64,000 nucleotides of DNA from Escherichia coli (GTDB lineage: Bacteria; Pseudomonadota; Gammaproteobacteria; Enterobacterales; Enterobacteriaceae): NCBI RefSeq assembly GCF_029227855.1, contig NZ_CP074358.1, one strand, 5' to 3'. The position numbers and the translations under genes are program-made. Positions 52,683 through 64,000 of the stretch are shown here, one piece after another. Positions within the stretch are counted from its first letter, which is position 1. Each line of letters starts with the position of its first letter. The notes under the pieces were generated by a model, which ran no database searches, was not told the DNA's origin, and saw nothing but the letters and a program-made list of their open reading frames with translations.

Positions 52683-53117
52683 ATGAAAACTGAACTGACC
52701 CTGAATGCCCTGCAGTCCATGAACGCACAGGAATATGAAGATATCCGTGCTGCGGGAAGCGATATGCGCCGTAATCTCACTCACGAGGTGATGCGTGAAG
52801 TGGACGCACCGGCTAACTGGATGATGAATGGCGAGTATGGCAGTGAGTTCGGGGGCTTTTTCCCCGTCCAGGTTCGTTTCACGCCAGCCCACGAACGTTT
52901 CCACCTGGCGTTATGTTCACCGGGCGATGTCTCTCAGGTCTGGGTGCTGGTTCTGGTGAATGCCGGTGGTGAGCCGTTTGCGGTGGTTCAGGTACAGCGG
53001 CGGTTTGCACCGGAAGCCGTCAGCCATTCACTGGCACTGGCGGCGTCACTGGACGCGCAGGGGTACAGCGTCAGTGACATCATCCATATCCTGATGGCGG
53101 AAGGAGGTCAGGCATGA
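52683..53117 (+). CDS. psiB: Plasmid SOS inhibition protein PsiB
   Basis: [27 protein letters not shown]... recognised as PsiB. Confidence 0.95.
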   Translation: MKTELTLNALQSMNAQEYEDIRAAGSDMRRNLTHEVMREVDAPANWMMNGEYGSEFGGFFPVQVRFTPAHERFHLALCSPGDVSQVWVLVLVNAGGEPFAVVQVQRRFAPEAVSHSLALAASLDAQGYSVSDIIHILMAEGGQA

Positions 53118-53833
53118 GCGCACGTTCACAGGCACTGGTTCCTCTCAGCACAGAGCAACAGGCCGCATGGCGGGCGGTGGCGGAGACCGAAAAACGCCGC
53201 CATCAGGGTAACACGCTGGCTGAATATCCGTATGCGGGGGCGTTTTTCCGCTGTCTGAACGGAAGCCGCAGGATATCGCTGTCTGACCTGCGATTTTTCA
53301 TGCCGTCCCTGACCGCAGAAGAACTGCACGGCAACCGTCTTCAGTGGCTGTATGCCATCGATGTGCTGATTGAAACACAGGGCGAGGTCTGCCTCCTTCC
53401 CCTTCCCGGTGATGCAGCAGAGCGCTTGTTCCCGTCGGTGCGGTTTCGTGTCAGGGAACGCAGTCGCCATAAATCCGCGCTGGTCATGCAGAAGTACAGC
53501 CGCCAGCAGGCGAGGGAGGCAGAGCAGAAAGCCCGTGCGTACCAGGCGCTGGTCGCTCAGGCTGAAATCGAACTGGCATTCCATTCGCCGGAAACAGTCG
53601 GAAGCTGGCATGCACGCTGGAGTGACCGGGTGGCAGAGCATGACCTGGAAACCCTGTTCTGGCAGTGGGGCGAGCGTTTTCCGTCACTGGCCGGAATGGA
53701 ACGCTGGCAGTGGCAGGATATGCCATTCTGGCAGGTCATCGCAGAGGCTGGTATGGCGGCAAGGGTGGTTGGTCATGCTGTTCGTGAGATGGAGCGGTGG
53801 ATGGTGCCGAACAAACTCCGGGAGGCAGCGTGA
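53114..53833 (+). CDS. psiA: Plasmid SOS inhibition protein PsiA
   Basis: 239-aa ORF overlapping psiB stop. Confidence 0.9.
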   Translation: MSARSQALVPLSTEQQAAWRAVAETEKRRHQGNTLAEYPYAGAFFRCLNGSRRISLSDLRFFMPSLTAEELHGNRLQWLYAIDVLIETQGEVCLLPLPGDAAERLFPSVRFRVRERSRHKSALVMQKYSRQQAREAEQKARAYQALVAQAEIELAFHSPETVGSWHARWSDRVAEHDLETLFWQWGERFPSLAGMERWQWQDMPFWQVIAEAGMAARVVGHAVREMERWMVPNKLREAA

Positions 53834-54112
53834 TGCGGCAACAATCACACGGATTTCCCGTGAACGGTCTGAATGAGCGGATTATTTTCAGGGAAAGTGA
53901 GTGTGGTCAGCGTGCAGGTATATGGGCTATGATGTGCCCGGCGCTTGAGGCTTTCTGCCTCATGACGTGAAGGTGGTTTGTTGCCGTGTTGTGTGGCAGA
54001 AAGAAGATAGCCCCGTAGTAAGTTAATTTTCATTAACCACCACGAGGCATCCCTATGTCTAGTCCACATCAGGATAGCCTCTTACCGCGCTTTGCGCAAG
54101 GAGAAGAAGGCC

Positions 54113-54271
54113 ATGAAACTACCACGAAGTTCCCTTGTCTGGTGTGTGTTGATCGTGTGTCTCACACTGTTGATATTCACTTATCTGACACGAAAATCGC
54201 TGTGCGAGATTCGTTACAGAGACGGACACAGGGAGGTGGCGGCTTTCATGGCTTACGAATCCGGTAAGTAG
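54113..54271 (+). CDS. hok: Hok-family type I toxin (flmA/hok), inside overlapping mok frame (54055..54267); antisense Sok expected just upstream on the minus strand
   Basis: Translation [52 protein letters not shown] matches Hok. Confidence 0.9.
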   Translation: MKLPRSSLVWCVLIVCLTLLIFTYLTRKSLCEIRYRDGHREVAAFMAYESGK

Positions 54272-54540
54272 CAACCTGGAGGCGGGCGCAGGCCCGCCTT
54301 TTCAGGACTGATGCTGGTCTGACTACTGAAGCGCCTTTATAAAGGGGCTGCTGGTTCGCCGGTAGCCCCTTTCTCCTTGCTGATGTTGTACGGGCATGAA
54401 CAACCTGACTTCAGGAAGGTCGTTTCCCTTCAGGAACGGGGATGAACGCGCGCCTGCGGCGCCCGTTCTTTTCCCCCGCCTTCTCTGGTTATGGCCTGTC
54501 AGAAATCACATCACCTTCCCTGTGATTATTCTCTTTTTCT

Positions 54541-55165
54541 TCCTGCTCTGATTCTGACTACTGCAGTGTTGTCCTGTCTGCCGGGCGCACCTTCGGCTCC
54601 CGGCTGCCTGGCGGCATCCGGTCGTCAGGCCCGACTCCGACAGGCAGCTGCTGGCGCACCTGCCAGTCTCCGCCGAACCCGCTGGCGCGGTTTCGGGCTG
54701 TCGCTACGGTCCGATGCGTGAAAACCCCGGGCTTGCAGCGACCGTTCCGGTCGCGCCGCCTCTGTCGCGCCGTGGCCTGCGCTCCTGGCATCCCGGCAAA
54801 AGGCCGCCGGGATGTAAGGGGCAACGCCGTTTCGCAAACCGCGCTTCACGTCGTTGCGGCGGGTCCCTGCCCGTTGTTCTGTCCGGTGCCATTCACCTGT
54901 TTAAGCCCCTGTCGCCGGGGGCTGATACAGCCACAACCTGCCGCACTGACTGTCCAGGGTAAATGAACAGCCCGCAAAACTTTTTGCCCAGAAGCAGGCA
55001 AAAACTTTTGCGGTCTGCCCCCGGACAGTCGTTTCCGGCCGTGGCAGTGATGCCCCATGCGGCGAAGGTTCTCAAACAGGTGATGGTGAATACCGGAGGG
55101 AACAAAAGGCAGGTCCCCGCAAAACGTCAAAACCGCGGCTCCCGAAACTCAACAGATGATGGGGG
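54541..55165 (+). repeat. Frpo-like leading-region repeat, copy 3
   Basis: Near-identical to copy 2. Confidence 0.65.
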
Positions 55166-55193
55166 CTGAAAACCAGAGAGAGGAGAAAGCAGG

Positions 55194-55481
55194 ATGAGTA
55201 CCCGAAATATCCAAGTTAACACCGCGTCGTACACGCTTCTTGTTGCCGGGAAGAAAAAAAACACCGGGGAAGAGTGGGACGTCCTGGAATTCAGCAGCCT
55301 GACTGAGCTGAAAAAATATCGCAAAAGCCACCCGGAAAAGATGGCCTTCAGTTATAGCTACGCGCTCAGTCAGGGTGTGGATAAGCAGTTCCGCCATATC
55401 AACATTGCGGAAGCCGATCACTTCAAACAGTTCCTGCGTCAGATTAAGCGTGCCGGCCTCGATATCCGGGCGATCTGCTGA
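55194..55481 (+). CDS. Hypothetical leading-region protein
   Basis: 95-aa ORF directly downstream of Frpo-like repeat 3. Confidence 0.5.
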   Translation: MSTRNIQVNTASYTLLVAGKKKNTGEEWDVLEFSSLTELKKYRKSHPEKMAFSYSYALSQGVDKQFRHINIAEADHFKQFLRQIKRAGLDIRAIC

Positions 55482-55600
55482 CCGGATGTGATGAATACCC
55501 CTCCTGATTGTTGCAATCTTGTTAATGGAGATCGGGGGGGGATGATATTAAGCGGAAAAATTTTTTATTAAATTTATTCTTTCATAAAGGAGTAGCTGTT

Positions 55601-56365
55601 ATGCGATTAGCTTCCCGTTTTGGTCGGTATAATTCCATCCGCCGTGAACGTCCTTTAACGGATGATGAATTAATGCAGTTCGTGCCTTCGGTATTTTCCG
55701 GTGATAAACCTGAGTCCCGGAGTGAACGTTATACGTATATTCCAACAATCAATATCATCAATAAGTTACGTGATGAAGGTTTCCAGCCATTCTTTGCCTG
55801 TCAGAGTCGGGTTCGTGATTTGGGACGTCGCGAATACAGTAAACATATGTTACGTCTTCGCAGGGAAGGGCATATTAACGGACAGGAAGTTCCTGAAATT
55901 ATCCTGCTTAATTCACATGATGGTTCATCCAGTTATCAGATGATCCCCGGAATTTTTCGTTTTGTCTGCACAAATGGCCTGGTGTGCGGAAATAATTTTG
56001 GCGAAATCCGCGTTCCACATAAAGGTGATATTGTCGGGCAGGTTATCGAGGGAGCGTATGAAGTGCTCGGTGTCTTTGATAAGGTCACTGATAATATGGA
56101 GGCGATGAAAGAAATTCATCTTAACAGTGACGAGCAACATTTATTTGGCAGAGCTGCACTGATGGTCAGGTATGAAGATGAAAATAAAACGCCAGTGACA
56201 CCTGAACAGATAATTATTCCCCGTCGTCGGGAAGACAAACAGAACGATCTCTGGACAACCTGGCAGCGGGTTCAGGAGAATATGATAAAAGGTGGATTAT
56301 CGGGGCGAAGTGCCTCCGGAAAAATACCAGGACAAGAGCCATTACAGGTATTGATGGTGATATAA
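55601..56365 (+). CDS. Conserved leading-region protein (DUF932-like by recollection, unverified)
   Basis: 254-aa ORF; family assignment is from memory only. Confidence 0.5.
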   Translation: MRLASRFGRYNSIRRERPLTDDELMQFVPSVFSGDKPESRSERYTYIPTINIINKLRDEGFQPFFACQSRVRDLGRREYSKHMLRLRREGHINGQEVPEIILLNSHDGSSSYQMIPGIFRFVCTNGLVCGNNFGEIRVPHKGDIVGQVIEGAYEVLGVFDKVTDNMEAMKEIHLNSDEQHLFGRAALMVRYEDENKTPVTPEQIIIPRRREDKQNDLWTTWQRVQENMIKGGLSGRSASGKIPGQEPLQVLMVI

Positions 56366-56717
56366 GAATCAACAAGGCGTTATGGGTGATTGCCGAACAG
56401 TTCAGAAAGTGGAAGTCATGATAATATAAGTAAAGCCCCGAAAAAATTTTCGGGGCTTTACTTATATTATCATTTTTCGGCATTGCTGTGTCGTCTGATA
56501 TACCTCAATTTCATCAACCGGCTTTCCGGTTGTCTGTAAATATTGTGCCCGCGAAAAATGGTCTGGCAGGAGGCTGCGCAGTTACCGGGTATATATAAGA
56601 TGGGTTCCCGCTTCGCGGGGCTTCGGCCAGTCAGTATTGTCACTCATATGATATTTTTGTGTGTGGCCTTCCATGCCGCTTTTGCGGCATAACCGGTATC
56701 TGACAATGTCTGTAAGA

Positions 56718-57227
56718 TTAATTGTTCTGCACGCTGTTAATTTCCGGAAGTGATTTCTTCGTGGCCGGAAGCCGGATACCTTTACTGCTTTTTATCCCGG
56801 TATAAATCCGGTAAACATCTGATGCGTAGGCAAGACGTCTCTGGTTCTGGCGTTCGGTTTTCCTGAATCCGGCATTGTATGCACCAACGGCCTCCCAGGT
56901 GACGCCCCATTTTTTAAATGCTATTGCCAGATAATAAGCACCGGTATAAATGTTCATGCAGGGATCTGTTGTCAGATGTTCTGGCTTAATTCCGTAGCGG
57001 GCCAGTTCGTTAAAATGCTGGGAATCTACCTGCATCAGTCCGCTGCCATATCCCGTTACCGGATTAATACCGATGGCATTAACCCGGTAACGGGATTCTT
57101 GCCATGATATTGCTCTCAGTAAATCAGGATCTATTTTGTAATCCCGGCCTGCAAGATCAAAGCAATCAGTGGCCTGGCAGATCTCATTTATAAACATCAG
57201 GCAGATGGCTAACATCCATTTTTTCAT
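56718..57227 (-). CDS. Lytic transglycosylase (F orf169 / gene X)
   Basis: ATG at 57225-57227 gives 169 aa with signal peptide and transglycosylase motifs (ISWQESRYR...GLMQV...AYNAG). Confidence 0.9.
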   Translation of the reverse strand: MKKWMLAICLMFINEICQATDCFDLAGRDYKIDPDLLRAISWQESRYRVNAIGINPVTGYGSGLMQVDSQHFNELARYGIKPEHLTTDPCMNIYTGAYYLAIAFKKWGVTWEAVGAYNAGFRKTERQNQRRLAYASDVYRIYTGIKSSKGIRLPATKKSLPEINSVQNN

Positions 57228-57289
57228 TTTTCCACCTCTGGTGACTTTATCCGTAAATAATTTAACCCACTCCACAAAAAGGCTCAACA

Positions 57290-57640
57290 GGTTGGTGGTT
57301 CTCACCACCAAAAGCACCACACCCCACGCAAAAACAAGTTTTTGCTGATTTTTCTTTATAAATAGAGAGTTATGAAAAATTAGTTTCTCTTACTCTCTTT
57401 ATGATATTTAAAAAAGCGGTGTCGGCGCGGCTACAACAACGCGCCGACACCGCTTTGTAGGGGTGGTGCTGACTATTTTTATAAAAAACATTATTTTATA
57501 TTAGGGGTGCTGCTAGCGGCGCGGTGTGTTTTTTTATAGGATACCGCTAGGGGCGCTGCTAGCGGTGCGTCCCTGTTTGCATTATGAATTTTAGTGTTTC
57601 GAAATTAACTTTATTTTATGTTCAAAAAAGGTAATCTCTA
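57290..57640. other. oriT: F-like origin of transfer (oriT) with nic region and TraM/TraY/IHF binding repeats
   Basis: Minus strand reads TTTGCGTGGGGTGT/GGTGCTTTTGGTGGTGAGAACCACC (F nic context) at about 57305-57340; inverted and direct repeats upstream of traM. Confidence 0.85.
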
Positions 57641-58024
57641 ATGGCTAAGGTGAACCTGTATATCAGCAATGATGCCTATGAAAAAATAAATGCGATTATT
57701 GAGAAGCGTCGACAGGAAGGGGCAAGGGAAAAAGATGTCAGTTTTTCAGCAACAGCTTCAATGCTTCTTGAACTGGGGCTTCGTGTACATGAGGCTCAGA
57801 TGGAGCGTAAAGAGTCTGCATTTAATCAGACTGAGTTTAATAAATTGCTTCTTGAATGCGTTGTAAAAACACAATCATCAGTAGCGAAAATTTTGGGTAT
57901 TGAGTCTCTCAGTCCTCATGTCTCCGGAAATCCAAAGTTTGAATATGCCAATATGGTTGAAGATATCAGGGAGAAGGTATCATCTGAGATGGAACGATTT
58001 TTTCCAAAAAATGATGATGAATAA
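57641..58024 (+). CDS. traM: Relaxosome protein TraM
   Basis: 127 aa MAKVNLYISNDAYEKINAII... Confidence 0.95.
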   Translation: MAKVNLYISNDAYEKINAIIEKRRQEGAREKDVSFSATASMLLELGLRVHEAQMERKESAFNQTEFNKLLLECVVKTQSSVAKILGIESLSPHVSGNPKFEYANMVEDIREKVSSEMERFFPKNDDE

Positions 58025-58129
58025 AAGAAATTTGACTTCGTTCAAATATCAGAGTTTTTATGATTTAAAAAGGTGACAGTACGAAAGATAATTAGTATAT
58101 TAATTACGTGGTTAATGCCACGTTAAAAT

Positions 58130-58212
58130 TTGAATTTGAAAATCGCCGATGCAGGGAGTTCTCTCCTCCCTGCATCGACTGTCCATAGAATCCTTTGTGA
58201 GGAGGTTCCTAT
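58130..58212 (-). ncRNA. finP: FinP antisense RNA (approximate extent)
   Basis: Complementary to the traJ leader and RBS; 11-bp perfect stem GATGCAGGGAG/CTCCCTGCATC at 58148-58176. Confidence 0.55.
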
Positions 58213-58900
58213 GTATCCGATGGATCGTATTCAACAAAAACATGCTCGTCAAATAGATCTGCTGGAAAATCTGACGGCAGTTATTCAGGATTATCCAAAT
58301 CCAGCCTGTATCAGGGACGAAACTGGAAAATTTATTTTTTGCAATACGCTGTTTCATGAGTCATTTCTTACACAAGATCAAAGTGCTGAAAAATGGCTTC
58401 TGTCGCAGAGAGATTTTTGTGAATTGATCTCTGTCACAGAGATGGAAGCATACAGGAATGAGCATACGCATCTTAATCTTGTAGAGGATGTTTTTATTCA
58501 GAACAGATTCTGGACAATATCTGTCCAGTCATTTCTTAATGGACACAGAAATATCATTCTGTGGCAATTTTATGATGCTGCTCATGTTCGTCATAAAGAC
58601 AGTTATAATCAAAAAACGATTGTCAGTGATGATATCAGAAATATAATCAGAAGAATGAGTGATGATTCTTCTGTATCATCATATGTAAATGATGTCTTTT
58701 ACTTATATAGCACCGGAATCAGTCATAATGCTATAGCAAGAATATTAAACATATCCATCTCCACATCAAAGAAACACGCGTCTCTGATATGCGACTACTT
58801 CTCTGTTTCTAATAAAGATGAGTTAATCATCTTACTCTACAATAAAAAGTTTATTCATTATTTGTACGAGAAGGCTATGTGTATCATAAATACGCGTTAA
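58211..58900 (+). CDS. traJ: Transfer activator TraJ
   Basis: ATG at 58211 after GGAGG; 229 aa MYPMDRIQQKHARQIDLLENL... Confidence 0.9.
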   Translation: MYPMDRIQQKHARQIDLLENLTAVIQDYPNPACIRDETGKFIFCNTLFHESFLTQDQSAEKWLLSQRDFCELISVTEMEAYRNEHTHLNLVEDVFIQNRFWTISVQSFLNGHRNIILWQFYDAAHVRHKDSYNQKTIVSDDIRNIIRRMSDDSSVSSYVNDVFYLYSTGISHNAIARILNISISTSKKHASLICDYFSVSNKDELIILLYNKKFIHYLYEKAMCIINTR

Positions 58901-58992
58901 TAAAGTGTTAATAAAATATAGGCTTTCCGTCTATTTACCTTTTCTGATTATTCTGCAAACATAAGTAGTAACCAGAAGATAAACAGCGGGAG

Positions 58993-59394
58993 GTGTTATT
59001 GAAAAGATTTGGTACACGTTCTGCAACAGGTAAGATGGTAAAACTAAAATTACCTGTAGATGTGGAAAGTCTATTAATTGAGGCAAGTAACAGAAGCGGA
59101 AGAAGTCGATCGTTTGAGGCAGTAATAAGACTTAAAGATCATCTTCACCGCTATCCAAAGTTTAACAGGGCAGGGAATATCTATGGTAAGTCGCTGGTTA
59201 AGTATCTGACAATGCGTCTGGATGATGAAACTAACCAGCTACTTATTGCAGCCAAAAATCGTAGTGGATGGTGTAAAACAGATGAGGCTGCAGACAGAGT
59301 TATTGATCATTTGATCAAGTTTCCTGATTTTTATAACTCGGAGATATTCAGGGAGGCAGATAAAGAGGAAGATATAACATTTAATACACTCTAG
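58993..59394 (+). CDS. traY: Relaxosome accessory protein TraY
   Basis: Non-ATG start (GTG 58993 or TTG 58999); translation KRFGTRSATGKMVKLKLPVD... Confidence 0.85.
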   Translation: MLLKRFGTRSATGKMVKLKLPVDVESLLIEASNRSGRSRSFEAVIRLKDHLHRYPKFNRAGNIYGKSLVKYLTMRLDDETNQLLIAAKNRSGWCKTDEAADRVIDHLIKFPDFYNSEIFREADKEEDITFNTL

Positions 59395-59426
59395 TTTTAT
59401 TCATTTATCCGAAATTGAGGTAACTT

Positions 59427-59786
59427 ATGAATGCTGTTTTAAGTGTTCAGGGTGCTTCTGCGCCCGTCAAAAAGAAGTCGTTTTTTTCTAAATTCACTCG
59501 TCTGAATATGCTTCGCCTGGCTCGCGCTGTGATCCCGGCTGCTGTTCTGATGATGTTCTTCCCGCAACTGGCAATGGCAGCACAGGGCCAGGACCTGATG
59601 GCAAGCGGTAACACCACGGTTAAGGCGACCTTCGGTAAGGACTCCAGTGTTGTTAAATGGGTCGTTCTGGCTGAAGTTCTGGTCGGTGCGGTCATGTACA
59701 TGATGACCAAAAACGTCAAGTTCCTGGCCGGTTTTGCCATCATCTCTGTATTTATTGCTGTGGGTATGGCCGTCGTTGGCCTCTGA
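59427..59786 (+). CDS. traA: Propilin TraA
   Basis: 119 aa with long leader and pilin core [22 protein letters not shown]... Confidence 0.95.
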
Positions 59787-59800
59787 CAGGAAATAAAACG

Positions 59801-60112
59801 ATGTCGGGAGACGAGAATAAACTTAAGAAATATCGTTTCCCGGAAACACTGACCAACCAGAGCCGCTGGTTTGGCCTGCCACTGGATGAACTGATCCCCG
59901 CAGCAATCTGTATTGGCTGGGGTATCACAACATCGAAATATCTGTTCGGTATTGGTGCAGCGGTTCTGGTTTATTTCGGGATTAAAAAACTGAAAAAAGG
60001 GCGGGGCAGTTCCTGGTTACGTGACCTGATTTACTGGTATATGCCAACAGCCCTGCTGCGCGGTATTTTTCATAATGTTCCCGATTCGTGTTTCCGGCAG
60101 TGGATTAAATAG
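59801..60112 (+). CDS. traL: Pilus assembly protein TraL
   Basis: 103-aa ORF in canonical position. Confidence 0.9.
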
Positions 60113-60133
60113 AACTGATACCAGGATTGTTAT

Positions 60134-60700
60134 ATGGAACACGGTGCCCGTTTAAGTACCAGTCGTGTAATGGCCATCGCCTTTATATTTATGTCAGTGC
60201 TTATTGTTCTCAGCCTCTCTGTTAACGTCATTCAGGGGGTGAATAACTACCGTCTTCAGAATGAGCAACGCACTGCGGTGACGCCAATGGCATTTAATGC
60301 CCCCTTTGCCGTGTCACAGAATAGTGCCGATACCTCTTATTTACAGCAGATGGCGCTGTCATTTATTGCCCTCCGTCTGAATGTTTCATCAGAAACTGTC
60401 GATGCCTCACATCAGGCGCTTCTGCAATATATTCGTCCGGGGGCACAGAACCAGATGAAAGTTATTCTGGCCGAAGAAGCCCAGCGTATTAAAAACGATA
60501 ACGTGAATTCTGCTTTTTTCCAGACCAGTGTCCGTGTCTGGCCTCAGTATGGCCGTGTGGAAATTCGTGGAGTGCTTAAAACCTGGATTGGTGATTCAAA
60601 ACCTTTCACTGATATCAAACATTACATCCTTATTCTGAAGCGGGAAAACGGGGTGACCTGGCTGGATAATTTCGGGGAAACAGACGATGAGAAAAAATAA
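60134..60700 (+). CDS. traE: Pilus assembly protein TraE
   Basis: 188-aa ORF with N-terminal membrane anchor. Confidence 0.9.
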   Translation: MEHGARLSTSRVMAIAFIFMSVLIVLSLSVNVIQGVNNYRLQNEQRTAVTPMAFNAPFAVSQNSADTSYLQQMALSFIALRLNVSSETVDASHQALLQYIRPGAQNQMKVILAEEAQRIKNDNVNSAFFQTSVRVWPQYGRVEIRGVLKTWIGDSKPFTDIKHYILILKRENGVTWLDNFGETDDEKK

Positions 60701-61415
60701 TACAGCAATAATATTCGGCGGCCTGTTTTTTTCCTGCAACGTGATGGCCGGAGCCGGTACGCTGGCCCCCACAGTGGTGCCAATGGTGAACGGTGGTCAG
60801 GCCAGTATTGCCATCAGTAATACCAGCCCGAATCTGTTTACCGTTCCCGGTGACCGGATTATCGCCGTGAACAGTCTGGATGGTGCCCTGACCAATAATG
60901 AGCAGACTGCTTCCGGCGGTGTGGTGGTGGCCACCGTCAACAAAAAGCCCTTTACGTTCATTCTGGAAACTGAGCGGGGTCTGAACCTTTCCATTCAGGC
61001 CGTTCCCCGTGAAGGCGCGGGGCGTACCATTCAGCTGGTCAGTGACCTGCGCGGAACCGGAGAAGAAGCCGGCGCGTGGGAAACGTCCACGCCTTACGAA
61101 TCCCTGCTTGTGACCATCAGCCAGGCTGTCCGTGGCGGAAAATTACCTGCAGGCTGGTATCAGGTTCCTGTGACAAAGGAAACCCTGAAGGCCCCTGCGG
61201 GTCTGTCTTCAGTGGCAGATGCAGTATGGATGGGGAATCACCTGAAGATGGTCCGCTTTACCGTGGAAAATAAAACGCTGTCTGCCCTGAATATCCGGGA
61301 AAGTGATTTCTGGCAGCCGGGAACCCGTGCCGTGATGTTCAGCCAGCCTGCCAGCCAGTTACTGGCAGGTGCGCGCATGGATGTGTATGTCATCCGTGAC
61401 GGGGAGGGCAACTGA
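60687..61415 (+). CDS. traK: Secretin-like pilus assembly protein TraK
   Basis: 242 aa with signal peptide. Confidence 0.9.
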   Translation: MRKNNTAIIFGGLFFSCNVMAGAGTLAPTVVPMVNGGQASIAISNTSPNLFTVPGDRIIAVNSLDGALTNNEQTASGGVVVATVNKKPFTFILETERGLNLSIQAVPREGAGRTIQLVSDLRGTGEEAGAWETSTPYESLLVTISQAVRGGKLPAGWYQVPVTKETLKAPAGLSSVADAVWMGNHLKMVRFTVENKTLSALNIRESDFWQPGTRAVMFSQPASQLLAGARMDVYVIRDGEGN

Positions 61416-62842
61416 TGGCCAGTATCAATACCATTGTGAAACGCAAGCAGTACCTGTGGCTGGGGATTGTGGTTGTCGGTGCAGCCTCCGCGATTGGTGG
61501 TGCGCTGTATCTGTCTGATGTGGACATGTCCGGTAACGGTGAAACCGTGGCTGAACAGGAGCCTGTGCCGGATATGACCGGTGTGGTGGATACGACCTTT
61601 GATGACAAGGTGCGTCAGCATGCCACCACCGAGATGCAGGTGACGGCAGCGCAGATGCAGAAGCAGTATGAGGAAATCCGTCGTGAGCTGGATGTTCTGA
61701 ACAAACAGCGCGGTGATGACCAGCGTCGTATTGAAAAGCTGGGACAGGACAATGCCGCCCTGGCAGAGCAGGTAAAAGCCCTGGGTGCTAATCCCGTCAC
61801 GGCGACCGGTGAGCCTGTACCGCAGATGCCTGCCTCACCGCCCGGCCCGGAAGGCGAACCACAGCCAGGAAACACCCCCGTATCCTTCCCGCCGCAGGGC
61901 AGCGTTGCTGTTCCACCGCCGACGGCGTTTTATCCCGGGAATGGTGTCACGCCACCACCACAGGTGACGTACCAGTCTGTGCCGGTGCCTAACCGGATAC
62001 AGCGTAAGGTGTTTACCCGTAATGAGGGAAAACAGGGACCATCACTGCCGTACATTCCGTCAGGAAGTTTTGCGAAAGCCATGCTGATTGAAGGGGCGGA
62101 TGCCAATGCCTCTGTCACCGGTAATGAATCCACGGTGCCGATGCAGCTGCGTATCACCGGCCTGGTGGAAATGCCGAACAGCAAGACGTATGACGCAACG
62201 GGATGTTTTGTGGGTCTGGAAGCCTGGGGGGATGTGTCCAGTGAGCGTGCCATTGTACGCACCCGCAATATCAGTTGCCTGAAGGACGGCAAAACTATTG
62301 ATATGCCGATTAAGGGGCATGTCAGCTTCCGGGGTAAAAACGGTATCAAGGGCGAAGTGGTGATGCGTAACGGCAAAATCCTCGGCTGGGCATGGGGCGC
62401 GGGATTTGTTGACGGTATCGGTCAGGGAATGGAGCGCGCCTCCCAGCCGGCTGTCGGGCTGGGTGCCACAGCCGCTTACGGGGCTGGTGATGTCCTGAAA
62501 ATGGGTATCGGTGGCGGCGCATCGAAAGCCGCACAGACGCTCAGTGACTACTACATCAAACGTGCCGAACAGTATCACCCGGTGATACCGATTGGTGCGG
62601 GCAACGAAGTGACCGTGGTGTTCCAGGACGGCTTCCAGCTGAAAACCGTGGAAGAGATGGCGCTGGAACGCACGCAGAGCAGAGCGGAAGAAGACAATCC
62701 GGAAAGTCCGGTTCCTGTTCCGCCATCGGCTGAAAGTCATCTTAACGGCTTTAATACTGACCAGATGCTGAAGCAGCTGGGCAACCTGAATCCGCAGCAG
62801 TTTATGTCCGGCAGCCAGGGAGGGGGCAACGATGGCAAATAA
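61415..62842 (+). CDS. traB: Pilus assembly/T4SS core protein TraB
   Basis: 475 aa, Pro-rich central region. Confidence 0.9.
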   Translation: MASINTIVKRKQYLWLGIVVVGAASAIGGALYLSDVDMSGNGETVAEQEPVPDMTGVVDTTFDDKVRQHATTEMQVTAAQMQKQYEEIRRELDVLNKQRGDDQRRIEKLGQDNAALAEQVKALGANPVTATGEPVPQMPASPPGPEGEPQPGNTPVSFPPQGSVAVPPPTAFYPGNGVTPPPQVTYQSVPVPNRIQRKVFTRNEGKQGPSLPYIPSGSFAKAMLIEGADANASVTGNESTVPMQLRITGLVEMPNSKTYDATGCFVGLEAWGDVSSERAIVRTRNISCLKDGKTIDMPIKGHVSFRGKNGIKGEVVMRNGKILGWAWGAGFVDGIGQGMERASQPAVGLGATAAYGAGDVLKMGIGGGASKAAQTLSDYYIKRAEQYHPVIPIGAGNEVTVVFQDGFQLKTVEEMALERTQSRAEEDNPESPVPVPPSAESHLNGFNTDQMLKQLGNLNPQQFMSGSQGGGNDGK

Positions 62843-63422
62843 TATGTCGTCCCGTCAGGCGTGCCATGCCGCCCGGTATGTTGTCGCCCGGGTTCTGCGA
62901 GGACTGTTCTGGTGTCTGAAGTACACCGTCATTCTGCCACTGGCCACAATGGCCCTGATGGCTCTGTTTGTTTTATGGAAGGACAACACCACGCCGGGGA
63001 AATTACTGGTTAAGGAGATTAACTTCGTAAGACAAACAGCACCTGCCGGACAGTTCCCGGTCAGTGAATGCTGGTTTTCTTCCTCTGATTCTTCAGGCAG
63101 ATCAGAAATACAGGATATCTGCCATTACCGCGCGGCTGATGCTGCAGATTATGTCAGGGAGACTGACCGGTCACTGATGCAACTGGTCACCGCATTATGG
63201 GCAACACTGGCACTGATGTATGTCTCGCTGGCAGCGATCACCGGGAAATATCCGGTGCGACCCGGAAAAATGAAATGTATCCGGGTGGTAACCGCAGATG
63301 AACATCTGAAGGAAGTTTATACGGAAGACGCTTCCCTGCCGGGAAAAATCAGGAAATGCCCTGCTTATCTTCCTGATGACAGAACAAACAGAAACAACGG
63401 AGATAAAAATGAACATGCGTAA
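62832..63422 (+). CDS. traP: Conjugal transfer protein TraP
   Basis: 196-aa membrane protein in canonical position. Confidence 0.8.
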   Translation: MANNMSSRQACHAARYVVARVLRGLFWCLKYTVILPLATMALMALFVLWKDNTTPGKLLVKEINFVRQTAPAGQFPVSECWFSSSDSSGRSEIQDICHYRAADAADYVRETDRSLMQLVTALWATLALMYVSLAAITGKYPVRPGKMKCIRVVTADEHLKEVYTEDASLPGKIRKCPAYLPDDRTNRNNGDKNEHA

Positions 63423-63606
63423 TATTAATGTTATTACAGCCCTCTCTGTGCCAGGTAAAACCGTGTCAGATGATTTTATGCATGCTGTTCTCTGTAACTG
63501 CGCCACAAGAATCGTACTTCCTGCACCGGAGAAATTCGGTTCTGAGTCATTGCCGGACAATTTTAATATGACTGCTGTCGGTGTGATGAAGAATTCAGAA
63601 ATATAA
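63409..63606 (+). CDS. trbD: TrbD
   Basis: ATG at 63409 (MNMRNINVITALSVPGK...), 65 aa. Confidence 0.7.
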   Translation: MNMRNINVITALSVPGKTVSDDFMHAVLCNCATRIVLPAPEKFGSESLPDNFNMTAVGVMKNSEI

Positions 63607-63617
63607 GGAACCCTTCG

Positions 63618-63869
63618 ATGAATAAGCTGGTTTCTGATGGCAGCGTCAAAAAAATAAATTATCCGGTGCTGTATGAGTCCGGAATAACACCTCCGTTATG
63701 TGAAGTCAGTGCACCAGAACCTGATGCGGGGGGAAAACGCATTGTGGCATATGTTTATAAATCATCACGGAGTACGGTTTTTGAAAATCCTGACATTGTA
63801 AAAACCTGTACGGTCAGGGATTTGAAGAAGGATTTTGTGAACTGCGATGAGAAAGGTGAGGGACAATGA
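63618..63869 (+). CDS. trbG: TrbG
   Basis: 83-aa ORF between trbD and traV. Confidence 0.7.
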   Translation: MNKLVSDGSVKKINYPVLYESGITPPLCEVSAPEPDAGGKRIVAYVYKSSRSTVFENPDIVKTCTVRDLKKDFVNCDEKGEGQ

Positions 63870-64000
63870 AACAGATTTCTTTATTTATTCCTCTGCTGGG
63901 GACCTTATTACTTTCCGGCTGTGCCGGAACCAGTACGGAATTTGAGTGTAACGCCACCACATCCGATACCTGTATGACGATGGAGCAGGCCAATGAGAAG
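63866..64000 (+). CDS. traV: Lipoprotein TraV (5' part only, runs off the window)
   Basis: MKQISLFIPLLGTLLLSGCAG lipobox. Confidence 0.85.
   Translation, partial: MKQISLFIPLLGTLLLSGCAGTSTEFECNATTSDTCMTMEQANEK

Overview
This 64 kb window reads as a mosaic IncF-type (RepFIB) conjugative virulence plasmid segment from an Enterobacteriaceae host, probably E. coli. All calls rest on reading the supplied ORF translations and sequence by eye; no database search or computation was run. Layout: (1) 1-3 kb, an AcfC-like periplasmic protein and a Rob/AraC-like regulator; (2) 3.1-6.1 kb, IS debris and an intact IS3; (3) 6.3-13.1 kb, a seven-gene chaperone-usher fimbrial operon with 987P/CS18-like architecture; (4) 13.8-21.4 kb, an AT-rich accessory block with two DsbA paralogs, an Rns-like regulator, a Rob-like regulator broken at homopolymer tracts, an Ais-like phosphatase and a glycosyltransferase; (5) 22.1-26.1 kb, the RepFIB replicon (int, iterons, repA, DnaA boxes) plus a three-gene cluster of unknown function; (6) 26.1-33.5 kb, the most interesting region: two convergent, translationally coupled gene pairs of unassigned function (small protein + TIR-like protein; RHH-domain protein + KAP P-loop NTPase) that look like candidate defence modules, ending in a gene truncated by a second, inverted IS3; (7) 34.8-64 kb, recognisable F-like backbone: resD, a double partition locus (ParA-type and ParM/ParR-type around shared centromere repeats), impCAB, a leading region with orphan methyltransferases, ArdB/KlcA-like antirestriction, three Frpo-like repeats, ssb, ParB-like nuclease, psiB/psiA and hok/mok, then orf169, oriT and traM-traJ-traY-traA-traL-traE-traK-traB-traP-trbD-trbG-traV (partial).
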